A stretch of 64,000 bases of DNA from NCBI GenBank assembly GCA_051362555.1, contig CM120643.1, positions 18,666,848 to 18,730,847 on the forward strand, in the 5' to 3' direction. Positions 1 to 12,239 of the stretch are shown in pieces (within the stretch, counting starts at the first letter, position 1; every line of letters starts with the position of its first letter). The notes under the pieces are model-generated. The model was not told the origin of the DNA, made no database searches, and saw only the letters and a program-made list of their open reading frames with translations. Position numbers and translations under genes: made by a program. This DNA is from Lingula anatina. Its lineage: Eukaryota; Animalia; Brachiopoda.

Positions 1-1075
1 GCTGACGTCAAAACAGGCAAGCAATCCGCCGTTGCGAGCCTCGTTCGGAAAACCCATGCTGTTTTGATCAAAACGCCAGAACATGTTGGTGTTGGTTTCG
101 TAAGTCGCATCTAAAATGATTTTTAAGAAGGAGGAGTGCAACCTTTTTCATTTTGACTTTCTGAGCACAATACCATTTTAGCTAAAATAAGTATCGTCGT
201 AACTAACAATAACCTCTCATAATGAAAATTGTTTCTATTATTATAATAAATCAAAATTGAAAAAGAAATTCTAAATAGTAAGCAAAACTTAAAGTTACAG
301 CGCACTTTCTATTAAACGTATTCATAGGCCTACTCATCAGCACAGCGATCTTATTAAATATTTTAAGTTAAATAATCTAAGATGGATTTTTCTTCTACTA
401 TGTAATCCGTTTCTAAAAAAATAAATCACCAAGAGAGACCATCGACGTACATGTCAACCAAAGATTGAACCATGATCTTTATAAGTATCATTATTCTTTT
501 ACAACACCCGCCTGCATGAAATGTTCATTATTTTATGTACATTATTAAATATATTTCATATAGCATTAATTATTATTATTATTATTATAATTATAAACAC
601 TCACCGACAGCTGTGAAGGGAAGGGGAGCCGTCGCCAAAGTCGGAGCAGGCGTTGTTGGAATAGCTGTAACATCAAGAAAAATGAATTATCAGCAACGTA
701 TTGCTACCAAATTTATCATAACATGAAAAGTAGGAAATTTTTGTCAGTGATAAGTAAGTTTTCTTTGATTTATATAAAATAAAAATAAATGACCTTACCT
801 TCGTGCCAATGGCGTACTACCTGTATTTGGTGTTCCTCTTCTTTTTCATCAAGGATCTGGATACTTAAGTAGGGTATAGAGAACAGAACAGAAGAGAAAA
901 TACGAAAACAAAAATACATGCACAGCGACCTTCCCACAGCATTCGTCAACATATACGCATACACATTCGTCAGCATATACACATAAAACACGCCTCTCCA
1001 CATCACATTCGTTCGCATTCCGAGCAATTTCTCACTGATAAAAAACACAACAATGTTGGATTCGGAATTCAACAT
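1..1075 (-). CDS. 5' coding exons of an unidentified gene, possibly secreted or membrane-anchored, continuing off the left edge (exons ~1075/919-799, 664-605, 110-<1)
   Basis: Three minus-strand segments with canonical GT/AG sites and matching phase-1 junctions read ...MYFCFRIFSSVLFSIPYLSIQILDEKEEEHQIQVVRHWHE / AIPTTPAPTLATAPLPFTAV / DATYETNTNMFWRFDQNSMGFPNEARNGGLLACFDVS, open to the edge. A possible non-coding exon donor lies at ~1360. No family recognised. Confidence 0.5.
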
Positions 1076-4000
1076 GTTTTAATCTGATGATGCGAAATTC
1101 CATGCAAATCTGAAAAAGAATAAACGAAGAAAGAAGTCATGGTGAATTTGGCAATTGTCAATAAAAGATGACGGGTTCGACTTTATGTATTAGGTTCTAA
1201 TAAATAGGAAACAAAATCTGAAAATGTGTTCATGTTACAAGTCTACTACACTGAGACTTTATCAATAACTAAATTTAAATCGCACATTCTTAAAACAATA
1301 TTTATATTAAATTTGTAGAAATTTTATTAAAATTATTATTGTGACCAAAAATACGTCTTACCTCCTATCAGCGTGCGGCAAACTGTGCGCCACCGTTTCG
1401 CAGTTTCGTAATATCGATTAATGGGCTAGTCTATAGCAATTCCCGCCAGGGGAACAGGTCCAGTTGTACAGCGATTAAAAAATTCCTTTTACTGAAAAAA
1501 TCAAATATATATATATTATGCCTTTGTGTTTGACAGTTAAATGTAAGGTGTGCTTATGATTAGGGTTTCGTTCTCTATATGTCTGTCGCAGAGGCAATAC
1601 ATTAAGAGTACTAACTTCTTTCCTTTCCTCCCTGATTCTGGTTAATTCTGGTAAGCTTAAAACCTTGACATTTCATTTGCATGCATCACAGAATATCTTT
1701 AATCGAGCTTATTGATCATTTAAATAATTAATTCTTTTGATCAAAGATATCGATCAACACGACAGTCGAAATAAACACGTTTTTGCTAAATGGCATTTAA
1801 AGTTGATACCATATCGATTTTTGATAACAATGGTGTTATTGATTCTATTCAAATAACAATGGTAGTGTTATTGATTTGAGAACTAATGACGCCCATTGAT
1901 AATTGCCAATACGTCGTTTATTGAATTTTCTTTCTGAAAGACGGCAAGTAACCTGTAATGCATATTGAATCTAGTAACATGTTAAATTTAAGGTAAAGGT
2001 ATAGTAAATAATGCATTGTGCATTAGACCTTTATAAAGCATAGAAATTGGTTTTCCTCAAAATATTAGTTAAAAAACTTAAATCACCAAGGTACCGTTAT
2101 ACCCATCGAAAACCGTTGAGAAACTAGCAATCTATTAACAAAATTTCGAGTTCTTAATTTCAAATATTTGTTCTTTCAAAAGCAAAATTTCCTAGCCCCG
2201 ACCCCCATTCTTAGAAAAACGGGTTTATGAATCGTGATTCCCTGCAATTTGGCATACGATGATTAACGAAAAAGCGTTAAAATTCCAGAAATGTATTTTT
2301 TTGCTTTTGTGTGCCTTTTACAGGTATATTGCGGGTATAGACTATTTGGTAGAAAAATCAATGCCACCAATATTAAAAAAACCGAACCGAAGATTGGTGA
2401 AGGGACATGTTGTTCACAGACTAAGAATTTCTAAATATTACACACTTATTTTTAACCAATCTATCAAATAACATTTCACATACTAAGAACTCCCACAAAA
2501 AGTGCATTTAAATTCTTTAAGAGATTTTATTTGAAATATTTTTGACTAACTCAAATATATTGGCGATTTGAAGAGTATACGTTCCACTTAGGTGTATTTT
2601 TTTAACTACTTAAAAGGGAATCGTTTTTTTTTTCTTGAAAATTTATATATTCTTTTTCCTATCTATTTATCTATCTCGGTTAATTTCATTAATTTATTGC
2701 CAAAAGAAAAAAGAACGAACCCGGACGAGATTTTGAGTTTCACGGAACTGATCCGTCTCTACTGTGCAAGCTGCTGAGTGATGACGTCATTTCTATGCTA
2801 GCTGGACACAACAAAGAAAAGTACAAAGAACTAGGCAGATAAATAACTGTGAATAACTCTTGAAAAAATAATCTGAGACCCTAGAAGGAATAACTGCTAT
2901 TCAGAGCCAAGAAAAGATGCTTAAACAGTAGCGCAAACCTCCGACTCCTCAGCCGTTTAGACGCTCAATGCATACCCTCCATCTCGTATCCCTGTTGTTT
3001 TGGAAGAGATCTCCTAAACACGATTCAGCAGCTTAGACTGAACGGTGATTCTGGATACCCATCCAATTTGACACAAGCGATATACTTGTGATCAGGCACT
3101 GAAACAAATAAGCCGAGATGGCTTGTATCATTCACAATGGTGAGATACCATTGATGAAAAATCAAACAAAAGCGAGACACCTTGGTTGACCGACCCCCTT
3201 CTTCCTCCGTTTTTATTTATTAATTAATTTATTTATTTATTTTAAATTTTTTATATTAATTTTTCTCTTTTGGACTTGAAGCTGATGTCGGTCACTTGTT
3301 GACCGAAAAGCGCTTTCTGCAACCAGTCCACCCTCTCCTTCCCCTCGAAACGCAGTACGACTAGACTGCCATGTCTACCTTGGTCCACGATTAGAGGCGA
3401 GACACCTCAATCCATCACGGTATGCCCTTTCAGGGCACCTTATGACACTGCATGTTATGGTATAATAGTTCTTTATCTTATTTCTTCCAAATTGAATGAG
3501 ACTAAAAAGTTCACTCTCTCACTCCTCCTACAATGTAATAGAAAGTTCCCACGCTTCTTCTATGAATTGAAGTCATATAAACAAATTAAAAATAAATAAA
3601 TAAATAAAAATTGAAGAAAGGTCCTCAGACTCGATAAACTAGTCTTGAATAGTCACACAACACGAAAATAATAGCCAAAGAAATATTTCTATAACCTAAA
3701 ATGTTCTCTTTTAATGTTGTTTAACTTCTTGCTGGATTTTTACCCTGGCTGACCCTTTGGGCATCACCTTTGACCTAGGTATCACTGCTGCGCATTTGTG
3801 CATAGCTTTGACCGATATTCGAGCAAATGCATCTCTACATGTACGAGCAGTGAATGTTGTTGGTGCTCAAAATGTTAATATCCGCGTTGGAAAATATCCT
3901 AAAGTCATAATTTCTTTGTTTACGTTTCCGGTAAAGCTACTTATCTCCCCCAATCCAGACCTTAAAGATGCTTAAATATCCCTCTAATAAAAGTAACTAC

Positions 4001-4808
4001 TTTCGATTAATTCCCTCTGGAATGCACAGTAGTGTTAGTAACTAAGCAATTAAGAACTAAACCATTTAATTCTAGGTGGTATAAAACATTCAATCTAAAT
4101 GCAGGAACCGGGCAATGAATCGTTAGCTGGAGTAATTTTTTTTATCGAGAAAGAAAATTCGATTTGGCGGAAAAAAATCAAGTAGGATACCTATCGGGGC
4201 CATTGTCTGAGAAAACGATTGGGGCAGTTGTTGAATTCTTACATTATATATAGACAAGTTATTTGTACCGTTTTCATATGGGCACTAACTGAAGGGAAAA
4301 TAAGAGAGTTCTGATGAACTGGGAGGGAATTCATTTTTATCTGTTTTCAAAAATCTCTTGGCTGGGCGCCATTGCCACCCCCCTCCCCGAAGCATATACC
4401 ATTGATATTGTCAGTTGTAAGGTTGACTCGTTTTATTTCACACATTCTTTATTCTTTTTTTTGTCAATCTATTCTGTATTCAGCAAATGTTTTTAATAGA
4501 ACACCATTTTGCACAATAATAAAGCTAATAGCGGTCCGTTCTCCTGGGCCTCATACTTGTGGATGTGAACACATTTGAGAGCAAGGTAATATAAACACGG
4601 GGTTTATTCTAACTGGTAGTACGTATACATTATAAAGCCTGCTCAGACTTTTTTGAATTTTCTTCAAAAGCTGGAAGAAAAACATATTGGGGTAGAAGTA
4701 ATCATGAAAAGGTATTTTATATACATGACTGCTCTTGTGTAAACCTATCATAGTCGATCTCACAAGCAAAGCGGAAGAGTAATACGATATATTAAAGAAT
4801 GTGACTGC

Positions 4809-7800
4809 ATGAGTGGCAGCTCTGGGTATATAAGTCGTGGCCTACCCGCATGTAGGGTGCCCCGAATGCCGAGAATGTTCTTAACAGAGGTTTCCACGAT
4901 GTCAGGAAAAGTCCACTTAAGGCTGTATCTGTGGTGTTTGGTGTCCATCATTGGCGGGTGCAAGGCACAATGGTGTCCTGAGCCTTGTCATTGTGATTTT
5001 ACGTCCTTGTCCCAGGGACTTGTCAACTGCTCCTACAGCCCAATCCTTGCCCTTCCCTTGGATAAATCTTTGCCACTTAATACAACTGTACTGGATCTAC
5101 GCTACACCGGTCTGTCTGAGATCCCACGGCACGCATTTAGTCACCTGGAGAATCTAAAAATACTGTATGTCGGAGGCAACAACATAAAACACTTTCATGA
5201 GGATAGTTTTGCAGGTTTATGGAATTTGGAACACTTAGACTTGTCTCCACTTCATCTGGACACGAATTTCGACAATGAAACATTTCCCGTCAGCTTGTTC
5301 CACGATTTAGCGCAGTTAAAAGTTCTGATATTTGGGAAAATGAGCGTCACCATGGAGGTGCAAAATGGTTATTTAGACCAAACCTTAGCTCCCTTACATC
5401 GATTGCAACAGGTGTTTTTTCCGGGTCTACCACGGCGTAATTTGGTGCTTGGTCCCGGTTATAGAAATCTCACATCACTTAAAACAGTTGTGTTTCACGG
5501 ACATGGATCTGAAGTACACCTAAGAAAGCATTCTTTTGCCATGGTAAAAAATTGTCCTATCGAACGACTAGCTTTTATCCGATGCGGTCTTGACACCGTA
5601 GAATACGGCACAATGTCTTCATTTCCACAATTGAAAACACTTGACATAGAAGAGGCATCCTTTATATCATTCAGAGAGGTTGAAAATTTTATCTGTGACC
5701 TGAACAATACCTCGATTGAAGTACTCCGCATGAACAACATATTCTCATGGGGAATGAGGAAACCCGAAGATAATCAGTGGATCGTGCGTGCTAAAACCTT
5801 TCATTGTTTGAAATCCAAAAAACTTAAGTCACTTGAATTACTTGGTGATAAAATATTAAAGATTGACGTTGAAATTTTACCTTTTCTGTCGCATTTAGTA
5901 TATTTAGATTTGTCTGGTAACGACGTTTTAAAATTTTTAGAAAATGAGACACAATCACACGGTTGGAAACAAATACTTGCTTATTCACAAAAACTTTCAA
6001 ACATAAGACTTTTCAGGATGGACTACAATGTTTACCGCACGATAATGGTGAATGCCCAAGATGGCCCATCAAACTCCTTTTGGTATGGCCATCCAAAGCT
6101 ACCTTTAGAACCAGCCAAAAATGTTAGTAAATTGGACAAAGTACATCAAGGTCCCATACAAAACTTTTCTGATGCTGAGAGTCCAATTTTGCATGTAGGA
6201 TTGCCTGAAAATTTAGAATTCTGGTCCTCAAGCTGGTGGGCTTCGGGTGATAACAAACTTTTACAGTGTGATTTTTTACATGGGTCCATCTATTTCTTTC
6301 CCAACAAACTCAGATATCTCAAAATAGAGGACCAGAATTTGAATTTAAACAAATTTTGTCCCGTAATATATGGCTTAGATAGACTAGAATACCTGGATTT
6401 TTCTTATAATGGTGTTAACTTCCTTTCAAAAAAATTTTTTGATAATTTCATCTCACTGAAATACTTGTATTTAAAAGAAAACAATTTAGGACCTTTGATA
6501 GCTACACGTGGTCTACATCCAATGCAACTCCCACACTTAGAAATCCTTGATTTATCAGTGAACAAAATCAGCACGATACCAAAAGACTTTTTTGGCTATC
6601 TTGTATCCTTGAAACGGCTGGACATCAGCGACAATCGAATATCAAAATTAACTTTTACCATGACAAACTTACTTTCCATAGAATACATAGATATCAGCAC
6701 TAATCAACTAACTGACTTCTCGAGATCTGAGTTGGACTACATTAGGAAAAAGAATGCCAGTAGTTTAGATGTAACTCTGAACATGAGTAACAATCCCATG
6801 GACTGCACCGTTTGCAACGGCATAGGATTTCTCCACTTGATTATCCATTCCAACATGACGACAATATTCTCCAACGACTCCACTTGCTACGGGAATGGAT
6901 CTAAAACAAGCTTAGAAAGTAGCCTGAGTAGACTTGAGGGGGAATGCGATAGCTCTCCACAAACTAACCAGAGCGACAGCTCTCCACGGACGATCATTTC
7001 ATCAAACCATTGGCTTTCCTTTGGAGCATCTCTTGGTAGCATATCTGCTGTGGCCTGTGGTCTTATAGTAGCTTACATTTACCGTTGGAATATCAAGTAA
7101 GTTGACGTGTGAGTGTGTGCAAAAAGTTAAGTTTTATATTGATTAAATATAATAATAATAATAATAAGAAGAAGAAGAATAAGAAGAATAAGGGTATATT
7201 GTGCTCTTTTGCTAGGGTAACAAATGAATATAGAAAATATAGTATTAAAATGAATATTAAATCAAATGATTAAAAAGTAAATGGTAAGTCATCCATTTAA
7301 AACTAACAAATGTATAGACAATTCATTCAAACGTGTATAAGCAGTATGGTATAAGTGTTTCTATATCATTAAGTGTGGTATTTCAGTAAAACAATGCAAT
7401 GCTGTGATGTACCTTTTTTATTATTTTTTTCTTCCAATTTTATAGATACCGCTTCTTCCTTCTTCGCCGCCATTTTCGAAAGAGAGGTGCCATTACTGCA
7501 ACACCTGGTCACGTGTACGCCTCCTATGACGACAACGATTATTACTGGGTAACGCACGTGCTGTTACGTCATCTAGAAGATGAGGATCAACTTGATGTCA
7601 TCATAGATCAAAGAGATTTTGTTGGTGGCGCTCCCCTTTCAGAGGCCATCGTAGAGGCCGTGGACCACAGCAGGAAAACAGTACTTGTTCTGTCTGAGAG
7701 CTACGTGCTCAATCCTTGGTGTGAGTTTGAGTTTCAGATGTCCCTTGCTCGTGGTTATCAATCAGTAATCCCGGTTATGTTTCAACCCGTGCCATTTGAT

Positions 7801-7950
7801 GCTATGACGAAATCGCTGCGAAAGTACATTAGGGCAAGAGGGTATATAAAGTGGACTGACAATCCAGAGGGACAACGTTTGTTTTGGAAACGCCTCTCTG
7901 ACGCCATCTTCGATCAGAATAATAAGCTTGGGCAACCACAGGAAGATTAA
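4809..7950 (+). CDS. Toll-like receptor A, single-cysteine-cluster type; exon 1 4809-7096 (start may be 4866), exon 2 7446-7950
   Basis: Hydrophobic signal segment, LRRNT CPEPCHC..C, many LxxLxLxxN repeats, LRRCT NPMDC..C, TM segment ...VACGLIVAYIYRW. Phase-2 intron AA|GTAAGT...ATAG|A joins in frame to a TIR domain (VYASYD, RDFVGG, SRKTVLVLSESYVLNPWCEFE, YIKW, LFWKRL). Confidence 0.95.
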
Positions 7951-8949
7951 TTGACTGAAATCATGTAGCTGAAAATATACTATAATGATTGTTTTCTGGT
8001 ACTTATTTCATTCTTCTCTTACAACAGATAATTATAAAAAATCTGCCTATTGTAAAAAAAAAAAAAACTTAACGAAATGGTTTTCATACTATTCAAGCTT
8101 TCTTTTACTGTGAAGTGGAGTTTTGTAATACCACAACGTCTTAGAAACTAGTTGGAGATCCAACCACGAACTCAAAGGGACAATCTTTTCCTATCCTGTT
8201 CTTTAATATCTGAATGCAAGTTAAATGTCACTACTGCCTCATGTCCCAAGCACAATCCAAACAATACTGGGCTATGTAAATACTTTAATTAAAGGGTTTT
8301 TATATGATATATGTGCATAAGATTTTTATCAATTTTTAAACTGTAAATAATGAACAAAAATGGAAGCAAGACGTGAATGTCAAGGCAACAAACTTACAAT
8401 ATTTTTCCTGTCAATGTTAAGGAGGTGGAAATAAAACGGTTCACCTACAGAGCAATACATAGACTTGTGGGAACAAAGAGCTCACTTTTTTATGTAAAAT
8501 GCTAATAATTCATATTGTAGCTTTTATCATACAGGTTTTGCAACAAAGATCTATGCATTGATGGTGAAATAGTTGATCAATTGTGGATAGAAGTGAAACA
8601 ATGGACACATCAGTGGGCCTCAATTTAAAATAACCGGTAACCTTTTAAACTTTATTGTGGGAAGTAGTTACTATGTGTATAGTCTTCTGATTTTAACATA
8701 ACATTAAGTCAGTTGTGAGAAGAAATAACACAAGATTCGCATCAAGCACTGTAATTATTTTTGTGCAGTAGAGTGTGTATGTGTGTGAAATTGAGTATAT
8801 ATTTTTATTATATTAACTGTATGTCATATTTGATGAGAAATAAATAGCACATTTATTCATAAAAGGAAAAATATTTAGTAGAAAAATAATGTTACACTTA
8901 AAATGCTGCCCTCTTTCAAGAGTCAATATATTTACGTTGTACCAACTTA

Positions 8950-9120
8950 ACAAAGACTGTCCAATCATAAAGTTCGATGGGTGAAGAGGGAATTCCCCAC
9001 AGCTGTTGGCGAACAAAAGATCTGTACACGCACGGGTTCTCCAAGTTTATTCAGCAACATGAACAGGAGGAGAAAAAAAGCACACCTGGGGATTTGTTAC
9101 AATTGTGTGACAGTATAAGT
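8950..9120 (+). promoter_or_regulatory. Repeated intergenic module, copy 1: CCAAT (8961) + palindromic kB site GGGAATTCCC (8988-8997)
   Basis: The motifs are seen directly and the module recurs five times in the TLR array. Regulatory function is inferred from the match to the Rel/NF-kB consensus GGGRNWYYCC. Confidence 0.6.
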
Positions 9121-9654
9121 TAATTTAAATACATGAAGTTTGACATGCAGAAGCCTGTACTACCCGGTATATGCATTTTTGAGATGCCACTCTCTCACTG
9201 TTCACTGATGCCAACTGAAACTTGGAAGCTTCGGAAGCCTGTAAAGGTCACAAGACAAAGAAAGGCAAAACAAAACACACATATCTCAATGATCATATTG
9301 ACGGTGACTGAAGGAAAAAAGTCTTCTGCTTAACCTTGAGGGTAGGGGGTAGGGTAACGCTTTAGTAAGTTTGGTCAGACAAAGACTTATGCCCATGTGA
9401 TAATTTACACTTTATTTAGCCAATCTTTTGTTATAAAAACGCATGATAATATTTCAACAACGGGATAAATGCATTTTAATGAGGGTCAAGAGCAGTAAGT
9501 AAATCGGAAATTTGAATACCGACGGAGCTATTAAAAATGAAAAATTATAATAATAACAATAAAATCCTGTTTAAGATTAAGATAGATTAAGATTTAATAT
9601 TAAGATAGTTTAAGATGTAAAAATAAAGTGTTCACTAACATAGTGTATTAAAAA

Positions 9655-10090
9655 ATCTCTTGGGTTCGGTGGAGTCACACACACCCTCCCGACTGATTGA
9701 TTTTGTATTTTGTAAGAGTTCCTTATTTTATTTCACCTTTTCTTTATTTTCTTCAATGCGATATGTATTCAGCAAATCTTTAAAAACGCCATTTTGCAGA
9801 ATAATAGAGGCCTGGTGTACGATTCCAGTGGGGTTCTTACTTGTGGTTGTGAACACAAACCAGCGCAAGGTACACACAGAGTTCTTTTTACAGGCTATAT
9901 GCTATTTTAAACCCTTTACAGACCTTCTGAACTTTCTTTTAATACAAGTTAATGGTTTCTGCACAAAATCAGGAAGAAAAATATATTGGGGAAGTAACCA
10001 AGAGAAGGTACTTTATTTACTGAACTCCTCTTGTATAAACCAATCAAGGCCGATTTCAATAGCAAAGCGGAAGAGTAATACGATACATAA
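9655..10090 (+). repeat. Duplicated TLR proximal upstream segment (paralogous to ~4350-4790 and ~14580-15020)
   Basis: Shared blocks such as ttcagcaaat, ccattttgca, cttgtgg..gtgaacac, ggaagaaaaa.atatt and gcaaagcggaagagtaatacgata. Confidence 0.8.
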
Positions 10091-10884
10091 ATAGGCGCCT
10101 ACCAAGTTACACAAATATCCATATACAAGTAATTAAATATCTAGATGAACTTAAACACTTTGACCTTCTTTCAAACACGGTAACCGTGTAGAAAATGGCT
10201 TTTTGACACGTATGGCTTAAACAGAAAGTAGACAAAAACTTCATAAAATACTGAAGTGTAAGGCTTAGAGACAGTAGTATACAACTTTGGCATAGCAGGA
10301 TATCACAACAAAATTTGAGAACGTATAAAACTTTCAAAGTTTATTTTGAGAAAGAAAAATACCTTGGTATGATTCAAGATTCAAGATAAAGAGAAAAGTC
10401 GAACCCTAACCAAATTTAGAATCAGTAGCCACAATTTGCAAATTGAAACAGGTGCAAAGGATAAACCCACACCAAATGAATAGAGAAAATGCCAAAATTG
10501 CCACACTGCAGTTATAGATAACGAAGAGCACCTTTTAATTACCTGCCCTCTGTAGAATCAAGGAGTTATAACAGCGCTCCTTGGTAGAATGAATACAGAA
10601 GGGCACTCTTTCTAATAGAATAAAGCGGCCACACATCTAAACAACGAAGATAAATTCTCCATCATAATGAACAACCCAAAGGAGGAAGTGATAAGAGCTT
10701 TGGCCAAATTCCTTAACCTCGCTTTTAAGAAAAGAAACTGTGCTACATTATCCACTTTGCGTTTTTGGTTAATAATTGATGAATAATTACTAAAAATGTT
10801 AAGGTTTACCTCACACAGTAGAAAAAAAGGCTCGTGCATAATTTTTATCTATATCTTAGTCATGAGGCAATACTTGTAGTATGC

Positions 10885-11052
10885 CAGGGGCGGATTTAGG
10901 GCGTCTTCTGGGTCTTCCGGAAGACGGTCAGATTTTCAAGTTTACATTGACGGGTATCTAATTTTTTCTGTCGGAAGACGGTCAGAAATGGAGGATGGAT
11001 CAACAAAGATAATTTGGAAGACTGTCAGAAAATAACTCTGGATCCGCCCCTG
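10885..11052. mobile_element. Short MITE-like element
   Basis: Terminal inverted repeats CAGGGGCGGAT...ATCCGCCCCTG and three internal GGAAGAC(G/T)GTCAGA repeats. No clear TSD. Confidence 0.65.
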
Positions 11053-11280
11053 ATTATGGTGCTAGCTTACGATCAGTGCTGTGAGCAGCTGACTCGGCAT
11101 TAAGACGGCACCAGGCTTATGATTATGAAATACAGGGCATGTACGTGTAATATCGGTGCATTTCTATAAATTTAATTTTGGCGCTATTTATCTATGTATT
11201 ATTATTATTATTGTTATTATTATAATAACTTTATATCTGTACATTTTCACCAGCTCAGTATGAATAAATCATCAACGGAG

Positions 11281-11650
11281 TATAAAAGAATGTGCCTGCA
11301 TGAGTGGCAGTTCAGTAATTTTTGGGGTAGGATATGCAAATCATCCCCTTCTCGCAAAAAGGGAGCCCAGAATGCCGAGAATGTCGATAATGGAAATTTC
11401 CACAATGCCAGGAAAAGGATACTGTATCTGTGGTGTTTGATGAATTTCATTGTAAGCATAAGAGGTTCAAGGCACAGAAGTGCCCAGCGCCATGTCATTG
11501 TGATTTTCCGTCCTTGTCAGAAGGAATTGCCAACTGCTCTTACAGCCCAATCCGTGCCTTGCCCCTGGATATACCTATTTCACGTAACACAACTGCCCTG
11601 GATCTACGGTACACGGGTCCAACTAAGATCCCACCCAACGCTACCATCGC
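11281..11650 (+). pseudogene. Truncated, frameshifted TLR relic (signal peptide + LRRNT + first LRR)
   Basis: ILYLWCLMNFIVS and FKAQKCPAPCHCDFPSLSEGIANCSYSPIRALPLDIPISRNTTALDLRYTG lie in different frames. TLR homology stops at ~11640 and joins directly to the intergenic kB module. Confidence 0.85.
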
Positions 11651-11820
11651 AACAAAGACTGTCCAATCGTAAAGCTCGATGGGAGAACAGGGAATTCCCC
11701 ATAGCTCTTGGCGAACAAAAGATTTGTACACGCACGGGTTCTCCGAGTTTATTCCATAACATGAACATTGGGGAGAAAAAAGCACTGAGGATTTATTACA
11801 ATTGTATGACAGTACAATAT
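11651..11820 (+). promoter_or_regulatory. kB module, copy 2 (GGGAATTCCC 11690-11699)
   Basis: aacaaagactgtccaatc...gggaattcccc...gcgaacaaaagatttgtacac, paralogous to copy 1. Confidence 0.55.
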
Positions 11821-12087
11821 ATCTTAAATAATGAATTTTGACATGTAGAAGCCTATACAAATCTATACATTTTTATGAGATGTCACTCTTTTACTGTTGC
11901 CGACTCTTAAACTTGGAAGCTTCGGAAGCGTGTAAGGGCCAACATTAAACTAATGGCAAAACAACACACATACATGTACATGTAACACCCGAACACAAAC
12001 GTTACTGTCACAAGTGCATAAGGTCTAACTGTGGAAACGTTTTACTCACTTTGAAAACTCACACATCACTAGTTTTGTTGCCTACCA

Positions 12088-12129
<42 letters not shown>

Positions 12130-12239
12130 AGTATGATAATCTTCTGCATATAGCAGTTAATTATTTGTTGAGCGACTTAAGTTTGCTTGACACTGAATAT
12201 GAACAATAGGGATACACCATAATGACAGTAAGATTGGCA

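Noticed and set aside
7513-7950. Stand-alone TIR-only ORFs (also 17720-18286 and 24475-24921) suggesting bacterial-style TIR defence genes
   Set aside because: They are second exons of the TLRs: canonical acceptors join them in frame, and the ORF starts are GTG or intronic.
9660-10094. 144-aa ORF
   Set aside because: TTG start, lies in the duplicated upstream segment, and no equivalent ORF in the paralogous copies.
11194-11841. 215-aa ORF as a novel gene
   Set aside because: Chance read-through of a (TAT)n tract, the frameshifted TLR relic and the non-coding kB module.
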